From Mobula hypostoma (lineage: Eukaryota): a stretch of 64,000 nucleotides of DNA. Position numbers and translations under genes: made by a program. The stretch spans positions 24,304,001 to 24,368,000 of the forward strand of contig NC_086108.1 of NCBI RefSeq assembly GCF_963921235.1, written 5' to 3'. The notes below the pieces were generated by a model that saw only the letters and a list, made by a program, of their open reading frames with translations, had not been told where the DNA came from and did no database searches. Shown here piece after piece: positions 36,900 through 51,094 of the stretch. The first letter of the stretch is position 1; the number at the start of each line of letters is the position of its first letter.

Positions 36900-37840
36900 C
36901 TAGTTTAAACCCCCAGAGCAGCACTAGCAAACTTTCCCGCAAGGATGTTAGTCCCCCTCCAGTTCAGGTGCAACCCGTCCCGTCGGAACAGGTTCCACCT
37001 TCCCTGGAACAAGGCTCAATTGTCCAGAAACATGAAGCCCTCCCTCCTGCACCAACCCCTTAGCCACATGCTTAGCTGCATTATCTTCCGATTTCTAGCC
37101 TCACTGGCATGTGGCATGGATAGCAATCCTGAGATTGCAACCCTGGAGGTCCTGTCCTTCAAATTTGCTCCTAACTCCCTAAATTCTCTTTGTAGGACCT
37201 CTTCCTTCTTCCTATCCACGTCATTGGTCCCTACATGGACAACAACATCTGGTTGCTCACCCTCCCTCTTGAGAATACTGAGAACTTGATCAGAGATATC
37301 ACGGACCCTGGCACCAGGGAGGCAACAGACCATCCAGGATTCTCGATCTCTTCCACAGAATCTCTCATCTACCACCCTAACTATTGAATCCCCTGTCACT
37401 ACTGCTCTCCTCTTTTCCCTCCTTCCCTTCTGAGCTGAGAGTCCCGTCCCGGTGCCAGAGATGTGACCACTACAACTTGTCCCTGGTAGGTCATCCCCAC
37501 CAACAGTATCCAAAACAGTATACTTATTATTGATGGGAAGGGCCACAGGTATGCTCTGCTCTTTCTGTCTATTCCCCTTCCCTCTCCTGACAGTCACCCA
37601 GCTACCTGCCTCCTGACTTTTAGGGGTGACTATCTCTCTGTAACTCCTGTTTATTTCTGCCTCTGCCTCACGAATGATCCGAAGTTCATCCAGCTCCAGC
37701 TCCAGTTCCCTAACTCGGTTTGTCAGGAGCTGCAGCTGGATGTACCTTTTACAGGTGTAGTCATCAGGGACAATTGTGCTCGCCCTGACTTCCCACATAC
37801 TGCAAACGGAGCACTCGACTGCCCTAACTGCTGCATCCAT
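36900..37840 (-). pseudogene. CR1 ORF1 (zinc finger, coiled coil, SGNH esterase) with a premature stop
   Basis: CSVCSMW...CKR, VRELELELDELR, VVTGDSIVR, CCLPGARV and VVVHVGTND. After the stop at 37016 the same frame continues RDGLHLN (DxxH motif). Confidence 0.9.
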
Positions 37841-40800
37841 TTCCTACTCCTAAGTTAGTTAGATTAATTAAAGGAGCTTACCCAGCCTTACCTCACTGGG
37901 AGCAGGTTCGTCCTCAGCCTCTGCTCGCCGAAGCCTCTCAAGCCAAAGCCTTCCTACTCTGTCTCCCACTGCTCCATTGCCTGCTCCGTTAATCTGCTCG
38001 CTTTTTAAACTCTCTCGCAGTCTCACGGGCCGACTTTCACGCGTTTGCGCAGTCGTGCCCCGTTCAAGCTGCTGAAGAAACTATTTTGTAAAAGGTCCAC
38101 AAAGCATTCAATTATCACTGAATATATTGAAAAACAACGTTGACCCGAGCAGATATAGCAGCTTTTGGTAAATGTGCCTCACATAAAAACCTGTGAATTT
38201 GGAGCAGAACCTCATTCAACCCTTCCATTCTGATCATCAATTTAAAACCTTTCACCTCTTGTTTATCAAGTAACTGTCTCTCTCAGTCTTATAAATATTG
38301 AAAGACTCTGCTTCCATTGTCCTTTGAGGAAGGCAGTTCCAAAGAACCATTACTTTCAGAGAAAATACAGCTTCATTTCTATCTTTAAAATTTCAGATTA
38401 TTCTCAAGAGCAAAGAAACACTCTGACATGACCTCTCAACATCCTCTTTTGATCAAACTCCACCCCCACTCCTTTAAACTCCAATCGATACAAGTCTAGT
38501 TTTCACAACCTTTCCTACGATGATCACTCATTTCAGAAATAACTTCAGTCAAAATCGTCATCTTAAGTGTCAACAATGACTGGCTCCAATGGGTTTATAA
38601 TTCATTTTAGTCTTGAATTCACACCCAGTGAATTCACACTGGCAGTGAGATCTGTTCTTTGAAGCCAGTCCCAAGTTTGATCTCTTCAAATTTTCATGAC
38701 ACATTTTAGTCCTTGTATCAGCTCCTTTGAATCATCCTCATTAAGGCTTCTCAAATGGCTTTCGTTACATCTGTCATTCTGAAAACTCGTTGACTGTTCT
38801 AATAGATTCACAATATGTCTCTAATTGTTTCAATGAGTTTGCAAAACATTGCATTCTTGAAACATCTCTAGAAATGGCTATTCCAATGGGTTTATCTCAT
38901 CTTTGAAAACATTCTTGACAGCATCAGAGAACATAATTTTTTGAAATCTGTTCCTACTCTGAATGTTTCCAAGGGATTATAATGCGACTCCATTTTTGGA
39001 ACCTATCCAGTAGAAATTAGAATCAACTTGTATCAGTAATCTAGAAATTGGACCTCCAGCTGATGCACGAAATTACCAATAGTGAAGCTAACACTGGTTG
39101 GCTGCTGAATTACGTTAAATGAGCAGACAGCACAGCATAATGCACTGCGTAAGTAAGGTCAAACACACAAAGGTCAGTGTGCACTTTAAGTCCTGTACCC
39201 ATTTTTGCTAGCTACACCTTTGGACAAAACAATACAATCTTAGCATGGCTCGTCAAGATTTCTGTTTCTTTTAGTGCAGTCAAAGTACAGATACAAAAAC
39301 CATTAACTAAATTTCATTCTGGTGTTTTCTGGAAGAACAGTGTCAAAATTGAAAGTATATAGTCCAGAACTCTTGATGTCTACATCCCACAAATTACAAC
39401 TCATTATCAGTAGTCATATCAGAGGCAGTAAGTGTTCCTTGTCAATTTTCATTTGGATACAATTTAGATTACATGTATTTCAACAGAGGCTGTTGGCTAT
39501 GTTGAACACAATTCCATGTGCACTAATATGCTGACTTTAAGACAAGAATATATTTTGGAAACTTCCAGCTGACTGTGGGGTTCTTTCTGATGTCCTGAGT
39601 TTGAAATACATTTTGCAACCTTCACAAAGATCTGATGCTAAGAGTTTCAGGGTCCCAGCTCCAGCCCAGTGCAGTGGAATTGCAGTCAAAAGAAACCCAG
39701 AACTCCAAAGTCTTGAGACTGTCAGTTTATGCTCAGAATACAAAATCACGTTTTCTCAACCTCTGGATTCAAAACTAGTGCCCAGAGGTTGAAACATAGT
39801 AGCAAAAACTTTCAATGACAACTGACCATGATGGCATTGCAATCAGCAGTGTGCATCTTAAAGACCATTTATGACCTTTTAATGAATTAATAAAACCAAC
39901 TGCTGAAATGAGATTAAATGAAAATAAAAAAAGCAAAGGAGAAATAAATGTATGAAGTGGAAGTAGAATAACAGAACAAAGAAAATGTAAAAATACTCCA
40001 AGAATAGCAACTTATAGCAAGGAAACGGAGAATGTACAAATTCCTTTCAGTGGCAGGAATTGAACTAGGATCACTGGTACTGTAAAGTGTTGTGCTAAAC
40101 TCCATGCTACAATGCCACCCCTCTTCTTTCACATCACCCTCCTAGTGACTGTGCCACATTCTTGAACCCGTATCTCTACCCTTCCATTATTGTCCCTACA
40201 GCATTTCTTTTTACACTGCTGTACCTTAGCTTGCTCTGTTCTACTTTGCACCATTCATTTGATTTGCACTCATTGCTGTATCTATTGTTCTATTTATAAT
40301 TACCATGTATACTGTTTGCTCTCTGACACAAACAAGGAATTTCATTGCACCATAATAAATATCATAATAAACTCATTTGAAAATGAATTTGAATCGCTTT
40401 GCAGTGGCTTAATGAGTGGAGTAAAAGCCATCTGGAGCCCATACCTTGGGAGGAACTATACAAACAATATACAGAACTTCATGCCACCCTCATCACCTCT
40501 TTAATGTGACTTAAGATATGTACTTCTGTAGTCCAAGCTTCGTAGCTTTCCGTAACCATCAGTTCAGATTGTTCTAGACTGCGGCTTCTTGTGCAAAGCA
40601 TGTCAATAAAATAATGTTCACTAATCAAAATAGTCCTTTCATTTACAAGTAGATTAAATTCTCTGGTGAGATTCATAAAAGGCAATTAAAATAATAATAT
40701 AGATACCTTCATCTCCTCCTGGAATAACTAAATTAAAACTCACTGCACTCAGCAAAGCATCGATGAGTTATTGATCTGTGGCTTGCCCACAATTCTCTTT

Positions 40801-43377
40801 GTAAAACCTACTCTACATGACAAGACCAAAGGACTATTAATAAGCATAATCACTAATTTGTGGAACCCAAGGATTATTGTCTCATGTAAACTAGAGCATA
40901 ATGCACTGATAAACTAGGACTATGAAATGACTACTTTCCTATTCCTTTCTCTCATAAAAAAATATCAATGCTGGAAGTGTTTATTATTGTCAAATTATTG
41001 AACTCAGTGCAAATCCTATAAGGCAGTGCCCAGCTGGATAATGGATACAGTCTTCCTTGTCCTCAAGAGGAAATTGAAGACAGCAGGTTCAGGATGTAGA
41101 ACAAACATAGTGCAATGGCTCTCATCTATGGCAGAGGGACAATTTATCCGTAGCAAAGGTGACATCATGCGAGCTGGTGTCACAGAGCCAGTATCTAGGA
41201 GAATAGAATGGAGCGCTTAAAGAAACAAAGATGGGAGAAGTCTAGTGAAGAAAACTTAGTTAGATATTATCATATAGAAGGAGGCATTTGGCCGAGTGAT
41301 CTATTAATGCTCCTAGTTGAATTTCTATTAGTGGCATTCTTATTTCCCAGCACACCTGCAATTCATTCATTGTCTCCAACATGCCCACTGAATTCCTTTG
41401 GGGTTTCTTTTTGCCACTTACATTAAGGCCTATTTGAAACTAGTCAATTAACCTACCATGTGAGATTATGCTTGTGCATGAGAAGAAACCCACATGGTTA
41501 TGGGAGCAAAGTACAAATGCTGTAAAGGCAAAAGCAAGACTGAAGTCAGGATCAGACTGGCTTCTCTGAGATGTGAGGTAGCAAACTGCTTGTTGTGCTG
41601 TAGTGTCATTTCATGGGTTTTCTGCTTATTCCATCAGATTAGACAATGCATAATCCTTTATTTCTTCTGTCCTAACCACAATTTGACCATTCAGATATCT
41701 AGCGATCTCTTTTGAATGCACTCAGTGTCTGAGCCTCCACAGCTCTCTTAGGCAGAGAATTCCAATCACTCATTTACATTTGGGTAAAGCAGTTTCAACT
41801 CATCTCATCCTGAATGGGCTGTCCTTTCAACAAGTGATCACAACAGTCATCAAACTCAACACCTTCCCATCTATATAGCTCAATACCACAATAATTTACA
41901 TCCTGAACTATAAAGAGAAAATTACAAATACTTCTCACAGCACTGGAAAAATAGTTGAGAAGACTTTGGGAATCATTGCACTGGAACAAAGGTAATGCTG
42001 TTATAGTACTAACCAATCACAATGGTTCTATATGAATTCTCTGAACAGTCTGTTCAAGAAACCAAAATTCCCTCAAGGAGTTGAAATTTCCATCCCACAC
42101 CTTTAATTAGTTACAGAGATGATATCCAATAATTGTTACTGCCAAAAAATTAGTAGTTTATACTTCTTTCACCAGATTGTGAAGGCATGATTGGAATCAG
42201 TTTATAACTGCAAGCACTTTAATCAAACACTTTAGTGTCATGATAGTAATTAAAATGTAGTGTGAATTTCTCTAAAATATTGGAATTCACTTAATCCAAA
42301 TACAAAGTAAAGCAGAGGGGAAAGGAGGAGTGGTAAAGAAAAGGCAATGTGTTTCCCAGTCAGGATGGAGTGCAATTTGGAGGGGAACCTGCAGATGCTG
42401 TTCTCATAAATCAGGTACACTTTCCCTACTTGGGGGCAAGGGTCACAGGTTTTGGCGATGCTGTTAAAGTTGTCAGCATTATGTATTATGGATGATATAA
42501 AGTGAGACCACAGTGTACCAGCAGTGATGCAAACTAATACTTAGGATGGTAAAGGGCTTCACAATTAAAACTGCTGTGTCTAGGATGTCATCAAACCTCT
42601 TGATTATCTTTGAAGATGTCCTTACCATGCAAGCTGAGAGAAACACAGCATACTACCATGTATCCTGCTGATGGAGATATGTTTAAGTTGTCAGAAGGCG
42701 AGTTACTCACCACACAATCCTTAGGCTCTGCCCCACTTTTGCAGCAAAAGCAGATACGGTTAATGTTTAAGGATATTTATGATGTTAACTGGTAGGCAAC
42801 CACTGAATGTCACAAAGTTTAAACAATCTATTCTGGAAATGATCATTGTCTCGATGCTGAACATGATGCAGGGTTTCAACACAAAGCATCAACATTTCCT
42901 TTCCTCTCACAGATGCTGTTTGACCTGATGAGTGCTCCAGTAGATTATTTATATTGCTCCATATTCCAGCACCTGCAGTTGCTTCTTTCCACTGAAGAGG
43001 GGATTGGCGCTGCTTTATAACAATGTCAATGAAACCTGTCACTTTGCGAATGAATGAGAGCAGATGATTGGAGAGCAATTAGCTTGATTAAACTTTGTCT
43101 TTTTTTTTTGCGAACAAGTAATATCAGGGTAATTTTTCACAAGTGGGATAAATACAAATGTTGTACCTTGATTGTACATGCTTGACAAGAGGCTGTGGAG
43201 TTAGAACTGGAATGCATTCAACCCAGAAACACGGCAGAGGGGAAAGAGGGAAGAGAACAAATAAAGGGAAATCTATCATAATACAAAAGCAAACCATTGC
43301 AATTTCTGGAAATACGAAATAAAAACAGAAAATTCAGGATCTCGGGAGGTCAGTCAGCATTTGGAGAGAAAGGAATA

Positions 43378-43418
43378 AAGTTAACATTTCAAGGGGATGT
43401 TCTTTCAACAGAACTGGG
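43378..43418 (-). ncRNA. Degenerate hammerhead motif in an old PLE terminus
   Basis: Minus strand cagtt-CTGTTGA-aagaacatcccctt-GAAA-TGTT-aact; the core is mutated. Confidence 0.4.
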
Positions 43419-44051
43419 AAATGTTAGAAATGAAACAAGTTTTATGTTAAAAAACAAAGTGGAGAGGAGAGAAAGTATAGAAAGGAATGACTATGATGAG
43501 ATGAGTGACATAGCACTGGGTGATATCGGTCAATAAAAGGAATTGAACCAGTCAACAAAAGCACTACAAAGAGATGACAGAAAAATGCATTTGATGGCAG
43601 CAACTCTCTGGGGATTGTCTAAATGACTATGGGTGGTCTTCTGAATGTTGAGGTTAATGACATGAAGGTTCGATGGATATTCATGTTCCAGGGCCCGGGA
43701 GGCTTGTTGCTAACCCCAGCTTTCCAGTGCAGCAGCATGGTCTTTCCAAAGGGCCAGGGTTTTTTTGTGACAAAGTTAAACTTCCAGCCAATGTTCCTTG
43801 CTCAGCTTCTTGTTATAGCAAGGACTAATCTACAGTTCTAAATTTAAAGAGCAAGCAATAATCGGTCTGAACTTTCCAACAAACAGCAATGCCCACAGAG
43901 CAGAGGATGCTGGCCCACAGCACAGAGCCTGGCTGCTCAAGAGATATGGTTTAAAAAGTGAAGTGACCATGAGATACTTTTGTCTGCATTCGCTAAATGT
44001 AAGACAATCGGGTTGTGTTAATTGGCCTACGTCAAACCATGTAACTACAGC

Positions 44052-44834
44052 TGTTACTTGTCCTGTGAGTATCTTGTGAATATGATGTAATTGTCTCATG
44101 CTATTGGAATGATGTAATGGCCCCGTGCCATTGGAATTGACGTAATTGTCTTGTGATAGAGGGGTAATGTGATGTCACGTGATGGAATGTTCCAACTGAT
44201 ATATAAGGGGAAACCGCAGTTGTTGCGTAGTTTGTTTTGTTGGAAGTCCACCATTAGTAGTTACACCATCGGAGAGGATGGAAGAGTAAGAGTGAAGAAT
44301 CCTCAGCTCCGAACAAACCCCAAAAGGACTGGGGCTAATGAGCAGCATTCGGTGCATTACGGGTGTGACTGACATTTGGAACCGTCTGCACATGGCACAC
44401 ACATTTTGTTAACCCTGACACGGTTTGGGTATTGTGTGATGATCACTTTGTCGACAGCTCAGTTACTTTGAGAAATCGTATTCTGCGTCACAACTTCGGA
44501 TAAGGCATTTCGGCTGGGAGCTGCGTCAGCAGTGACGTCTTTACTTTAGGGACCGTTCCAAAGCTGGTTTGAGAAGTCTCTCCTCTCGAATATTTCAGGA
44601 ATCATTTGAACTCGTTAAATTACCACCTTAAGACTGTGCTTAAGTAAGATCTGTTAAGAACTGACTTTAAGTTTGACTGTTTGAAAACTATAGATGCATA
44701 ACGCTGTTAACATATGTTTAAGTTAATTGTTTGCTTACTGTTCCATGTTTTTTTGAGTAGAGGTTAATAAACGCCGTTGTTTACTTTATAAAATCCTGAC
44801 TCAAATCCATCTCTATTGCTGCTGGTTCATAACA
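44052..44834 (+). mobile_element. Solo LTR
   Basis: TGTTA...TAACA inverted termini and a perfect 4-bp TSD cagc (44048-44051 / 44835-44838). TATA-like gatatataag at ~44200 and AATAAA at ~44766. Confidence 0.85.
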
Positions 44835-45139
44835 CAGCTATATTACTTGCAACACTGTGAGACTGTAACATTGAGATCAAGGAAGTGTCCAGAGCAGACT
44901 GACGTTGTTACTTAGCACATGACTCGTGGGCACAGATATACCTGATCAATCAATAGCTGGGATATTTGTGTACTCAGAAAGTCAGCCCTCACAAATTAAC
45001 TTTGGGTATTTTGGATCTCTGACAGTAGAAGCGTTTAGACCATCTATGTGAATTACTTTGACCCAGAAAAGGCAAGTGAAAAACATTACATGCAAATAAT
45101 TTCAACTAATAGCAAAAGATAGCAAGTTAAGGATTAGTA

Positions 45140-46925
45140 TGGATCTTAAGGGAGAGTAATAAATTGGAGTGGGGCAATATATGAGATCATTAGAAAGGAA
45201 CCAGGGTGCGTTAATTGGGAACAGTTGTTTTTGGACAAGTCCACATCCAACATGTCGAGGGTGTTTAAAGACCAATGTATAGAATCCAGGATGTGGGTGA
45301 GGTCCTTCATAAGCATATTGCCTCGGTACTTACCAAGGAGAAGGGAGATCAGTGCTAAAGAAGGAGGCAGTGTTGTGTCCTACAAAGAGCAGTAACGTGG
45401 ATAAGTCCCCAGCGTCTGATGGGTTGTACCTTAGGTTATCGAGAGAGGCAAGAGAAGAGACTTCTGAGGTCTTAACTAATATCTTCATGCCATTTCTAGC
45501 CACAAGCAAGGTTCAAGAGGACTGATGAGTAACTAATGTTGTTCTATTATCCAACAAGGAAACCAGGGATAATCCTGGAAACAATAGATCCTTGAATCAC
45601 ACATAAATGGTAGGGAATTCTTTGAGAAAGGATTTATGAGCATTTGGAAAACCATGGCCTAATTAGGGTGAGCCAGCATGGCTTTGTACAGGGCATCTTA
45701 CTAATTTTATTGAGTTTTTTGACGAGGTGTTAAGGGTGATTGATAAAGGTAGGGCTGTCGATATTGCTTACGTGGATATTAGTAAGCATTTGACAAGGTC
45801 CCTCATGGGAGGTTCATCCAGAAGATTAAGATGCATGGGATCCATTGTGAATAGGCTGTTTGGATTCAGAACTGTCTTGCCTATAGAAGACAGAGGGTAG
45901 TGGAGGAAGGGATTCTAGTTGTGAGGATTGTGATTAGTGGTATTCTGCAGGATTCTGTGCTTTTGCTGTTTGTGATGTATATAAATGACCTGGATGAAAA
46001 AGTAGAATGGTGGGTTAGTAAGTTTGCTGTTGATACAAAGATTGGTGATGTTGTGGATAGTTTAGAAAAATGGCAAAGATTACAGTGGGATATAGATCAA
46101 TAGTAGATATGAAAAGAGAAATGGTAGATGGAGTTTAACCCAGCCAATTCTGAATTGTTGCACCTTGGAAGATCAAATGCAAAGAGAGAGTACATCTTTA
46201 AAAGCCTTGATAGTGTTGATGAGTAGAGGGATGTTGGGGTCCGAGTTCATACCTTCCAGAAAGTGGCTAGACAGGTTGATAGGGTGGTTAAGAAGGCATA
46301 TGGCATGCTGGCCTTAATTAGTCAAGGCTTTCAGTTCAAAAGCTAGGTACTTATGTTGAATCTTTATAAATCTCAAGTCAGGCAGTATCTGGAGTATTGC
46401 ACACAGTTCTGATTGCCCTATTATAGGAAGGATATTGATGCTTTGGAGAGGGTGCAGAAAAGGTTTACTAGGATGCAGCCTTGATTAGCGGGCATGCGCT
46501 ACAACGTGAGGTTGGACAAACTTGGGTTGTTTCTCTGGAGGGAAAATCTGATAGAGGTTTATAAGATTATGAGATAATCTTATAAGGCATGGATAGAGTA
46601 GATAGACAGTATCTTTTTCCTAGGATTGAAATGTCTAATTACAGAGGGTATGAATTTAAGGTGAGGGGGGTAATTTCAATGGAGATGTGAGGAGCAAGTT
46701 TTTTTACACTGATATGTACCTGGAATACGCTACCTTGCGTAGTGGTAGAGACAGAGACATTACAGAGTTTTAAGAGACATTGAAGGTGAATGTGTGGAAA
46801 ATGGAAGGATAGGCAGAAGAGATTAGTTTAGTTGGACATTCGATTACTTTAATTGGTTTGGCACATCATTGTGTGCCAAAGTGCCTGTTCCAATGCTACA
46901 ATGTTCCCTCCTCTCTGTTCTACAA
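45140..46925 (+). mobile_element. Older decayed CR1 ORF2 with 3'UTR
   Basis: FDKVPHG-like segment, YINDLDEKVEWWVSKFAVDTK, and ALERVQKRFTRM, with many stops. Confidence 0.88.
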
Positions 46926-49232
46926 CAACATAAACGTTAGAAACCATTGAGGGGTTATTAAAATAACAGAATGATGAGATGACAAAAAGAACTAAAATTC
47001 ACTTGTCTGTGATGGACAACTCATTCGTCTGCTACTCATTGGTATGTTCTTTTAGTACCTGTGCTTGTAGTTCATAAATCTTTTGGAATTCAGAAAATAT
47101 TTTATAAATCAGGAATCCTCTGTGGGTAATTTGTCTAAATTTAAATGTGTATCATTAAAAATAAAATGAACTGTGTTTAAACTTTGTTAGTTGGAAAATC
47201 TCCTCTTTGGTGTGCAGAGTGGATACCCACCACTTAAACAGTGGGTATTGGCAACTAAACCTTGCCACAGAACAGTAAGCTAGTCTTTGAAGAGTAGGTA
47301 GATACAGTATAACCTCCTTGTGGTAATGGTATCCACAGATACCAACTGTATATTCGATGGGGCTTAAAATATCCATCTGAGTTTAGGCTTTGTGGACAGG
47401 GAACCCAATACTATCACAAAGGGTAAGGAAATGAGGACCTCTGCCAGTGTTCCAGAAAATATAAAGGAGAGCAGAAATGTCATTTATTGGAATGGATACC
47501 TACATCCCATTCACCTACTCTCCTTCTCCCACTCTCTGGTAATTCTTTTGCCTTGTACAACTTTTGCCCCCTTTCTCTTGCTCCAAATAAAGATGATACA
47601 CTCTAAGCTGAGAGGGATCTGAGTTTTGGTTACCATTTATGTGGGATATGCAAAATACTCATTGTTAATGGAGATTAGATGAATGAGGCCTAGCTAACCA
47701 GAGAACCTTCAGTCCATCCAGGTAGGAGTGGAAATGCAGAGGGAACGGATTTTCATGCTGAAAGGAAAACAGGACCTCATAACAGAAAGTGATGTGCATG
47801 TTTGTTGCCCAAGTCAGAAAAGTCATAGTTGTTGTTGAGAAGGAGACATGCAGACTGGAAAAAACAGAGTGATTGAAGGCTAGAAGGAGTCACCTCTGTG
47901 GTGAGGATCAAGCTGAGTATCAAGATTTACCTTCAGGCCAGAGCTACCGATAGATCTCCAGCAGCAGGAGAAAACAATATGGTGGGTTCAACACCCTGGA
48001 TAGAGAGTTTGTAGGACAGCTTGGATTAATATTAGTCTGGAAAATAACAGTCTTACTTTTAGCAATAGGGGCATAGTCAAACAGGAGATGGGATAAGGTG
48101 TTGGAGTTGGAATCCAGGTTCCACAAGGTAGAAGATAATGTGGCCAAAAGTAGAATAAAATAATAGTTCTGATATCATACATTAGCCTCCAGTGAAAAAT
48201 GGAAAAAATAGATATTAAGACAATTCTTGTCCTCCGAACCATGTGCGCAGGTGAACATGACAGAAGGTCTTAGTGATGTCTGGGCTTGATCTTCATTGGG
48301 GTTGAGTGTAAGGGAATGAAGCCGTGGAAGATTTAGAGTAAATTCTGTTTTTCCACCACAGAGTAAAATGTTTGGCACAGATTGCATGCAATCTATCTAT
48401 TTTTTTCAACCTTAGTCCATTTATTTGACCATGTGAAAGACAGCCATTCAAATTTTTGATACAACAGACAAAATTAATCAAAAAGGAATGCCAGCACTTT
48501 TGTTCATCTCAGTTTGCAATTCTGCACAGTCTCAGCATGACAAGAATGATCAGGTTCTATTCTTCCTTTCCCTGAAATCTTCCTCAACATGCAGAATCAA
48601 TTTAACTCTCATTGAAGGTGTTAATTGACAATACCCATTGCTTTTACTTAGCAATTTCTTCCACATTATTGCAAAGTGAACTTTTTTTTCTGACCTTTCA
48701 CCTTATGCAGGTTTAATTAATTTGATGCCAGACCTGTTTTCACAATGGAGATCTTATTTATAATAACATAAATATTCTCTTTCCTGAGGGACTATCTTCC
48801 TAACTTAAAACCCTATCTGGTTAATTCCCTTGACAACCTCAAAACAACTAGCAGTACTTCAAATGATTCAATTATTATACTTGACAATTCCTTCCTACTC
48901 TCCTGTAAATCCATTCAGCATCCCTGTCTGAAAGCAGATTGGGAAGGAAAGGCATCCAAGGAATTTATTATATGCTTAGAAATTATGTTTTTATTGGTGC
49001 ACATTTTGTTTCAAAAACTGATACACAAACAAATCTCAGCTGTGTGCATACATATACACATACACACAAAAACTTAACTACTAATTTAAAAATGTGCCTG
49101 AATAACTAGTCTTAGTGAAGTTTCAACAGTCTTAACTTGGGTCCATGAATCACTTTCTGCTGTTTTTGCATTACTGTATTCTAAAATATTTTTCTATTAT
49201 TACTGCAAAAACTATCTAAATGAATTATATGA

Positions 49233-50440
49233 CATATAGAAACATAGAAACATAGAAACATAGAAAATAGGTGCAGGAGTAGGCCATTCGGCCCTTCGAG
49301 CCTGCACCGCCATTTATTATGATCATGGCTGATCATCCAACTCAGAACCCAGCCTTCCCTCCATACCCCCTGACCCCTGTAGCCACAAGGGCCATATCTA
49401 ACTTCCTTTTAAACATAGCTAATGAACTGGCCTCAACAGTTTGCTGTGGCAGAGAATTCCACAGATTCACCACTCTCTGTGTGAAGAAGTTTTTCCTAAC
49501 CTCGGTCCTAAAAGGCTTCCCCTCTATCCTCAAACTGTGACCCCTCGTTCTAGACCTCCCCAACATCGGGAACAATCTTCCTGCATCTAGCCTGTCCAAT
49601 CCCTTTAGGATCTTATACGTTTCAATCAGATCCCCCCTCAATCTTCTAAATTCCAACGAGTACAAGCCCAGTTCATCCAGTCTTTCTTCATATGAAAGAC
49701 CTGCCATCCCAGGAATCAATCTGGTGAACCTTCTTTGTACTCCCTCTATGGCAAAGATGTCTTTCCTCAGATTAGGGGACCAAAACTGCACACAATACTC
49801 CAGGTGTGGTCTCACCAAGGCCTTGTACAACTGCAGTAGTACCTCCCTGCTCCTGTACTCGAATCCTCTCGCTATAAATGCCAGCATACCGTTCGCCTTT
49901 TTCACCGCCTGCTGTACCTGCATGCCCACTTTCAATGACTGGTGTATAATGACACCCAGGTCTCGTTGCACCTCCCCTTTTCCTAATCGGCCACCATTCA
50001 GATAATAATCTGTTTTCCTATTTTTGCCACCAAAGTGGATAACTTCACATTTATCCACATTAAATTGCATCTGCCATGAGTTTACCCACTCACCCAACCT
50101 ATCCAAGTCACCCTGCATCCTCTTAGCATCCTCCTCACTGCTAACACTGCCACCCAGCTTCGTGTCATCCGCAAACTTGGAGATGCTGCATTTAATTCCC
50201 TCATCCAAGTCATTAATATATATTGTAAACAACTGGGGTCCCAGCACTGAGCCTTGCGGTACCCCACTAGTCACCGCCTGCCATTCTGAAAAGGTCCCGT
50301 TTATTCCCACTCTTTGCTTCCTGTCTGCTAACCAATTCTCCACCCACACCAATACCTTACCCCCAATACCGTGTGCTTTAAGTTTGCACACTAATCTCCT
50401 ATGTGGGACCTTGTCAAAAGCCTTTTGAAAATCCAAATAT
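49233..50440 (-). mobile_element. Young 5'-truncated CR1 with an uninterrupted RT C-terminal ORF
   Basis: ORF 49342-50466, [13 protein letters not shown]...[10 protein letters not shown]...KFADDTK...VRPHLEYCVQFWSP, with a (ttctatgt)n tail at 49233-49265. Confidence 0.96.
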
Positions 50441-51094
50441 AACAAATATAACAAAGACAGTGACATAAAAGAGTTGAGTGATTTTGGATTTATAATAAAA
50501 CAGATACTTTGATATTGAAACCAACAGAAAATTACCTCAGAAGCTGGAATTTCTGAAAATGTTTAGTTGTGATGGAAGGTCATTGATTGGAAATGTTTCC
50601 CTCAGTTCAGAAGATGACTGATCTGCCCAGTGTTTCCAACATTTTGGTTTTACTCAAGAACAAATTTTATTGCAATTGCACAATTTTTATCAGTGACTTT
50701 GAAATCACATAAGTTGTGTTTGCTGCCAAAAAAAAACACATTTGCGCTTAGATCAAATGCATCAGTCAGCAGATTTGAAACATTTAAGTTCATTTGGAAA
50801 TTGCTCTTTGTGATGTTCTATAAACTGCAATATCTTTGTGTTAAGGATATTGGCAGGATGTCATTTATTGAGATATTTCCAGTTTTCTCATCAAAGGTGA
50901 CAACTTGCTGATGATGGGTAAAAATGAATGGCACAGAGCCTTCGTCTTTTACTTTACCAGGCATCTTGTACTTTGAGAAACCATTGCTTTGTTGTTTTTT
51001 CTAAGGGAGCTTATCCAATTCTTTTGAGTAACCATCAAAGAATAAACGTGAATTTCTGTTCAAAAGTTCTTTGCCTCAGGAAGAAAGAATGGAT

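Larger units (their letters stand above)
33886..38080 (-). mobile_element. Essentially full-length CR1 LINE (ORF1 + ORF2, disrupted)
   Basis: 5'UTR ~37850-38080, then ORF1. ORF2 has APE motifs YFNARSI, VAITETW, MGDFNFPDIDW and PTRGNAILDLVL, and RT motifs [22 protein letters not shown] and KFADDTK. The 3'UTR and tail end at ~33890. Confidence 0.95.

Noticed and set aside
49342..50466. 374-aa ORF as a functional gene
   Set aside because: 5'-truncated CR1 RT. The start codon comes from flanking DNA, and there is no endonuclease domain or promoter.
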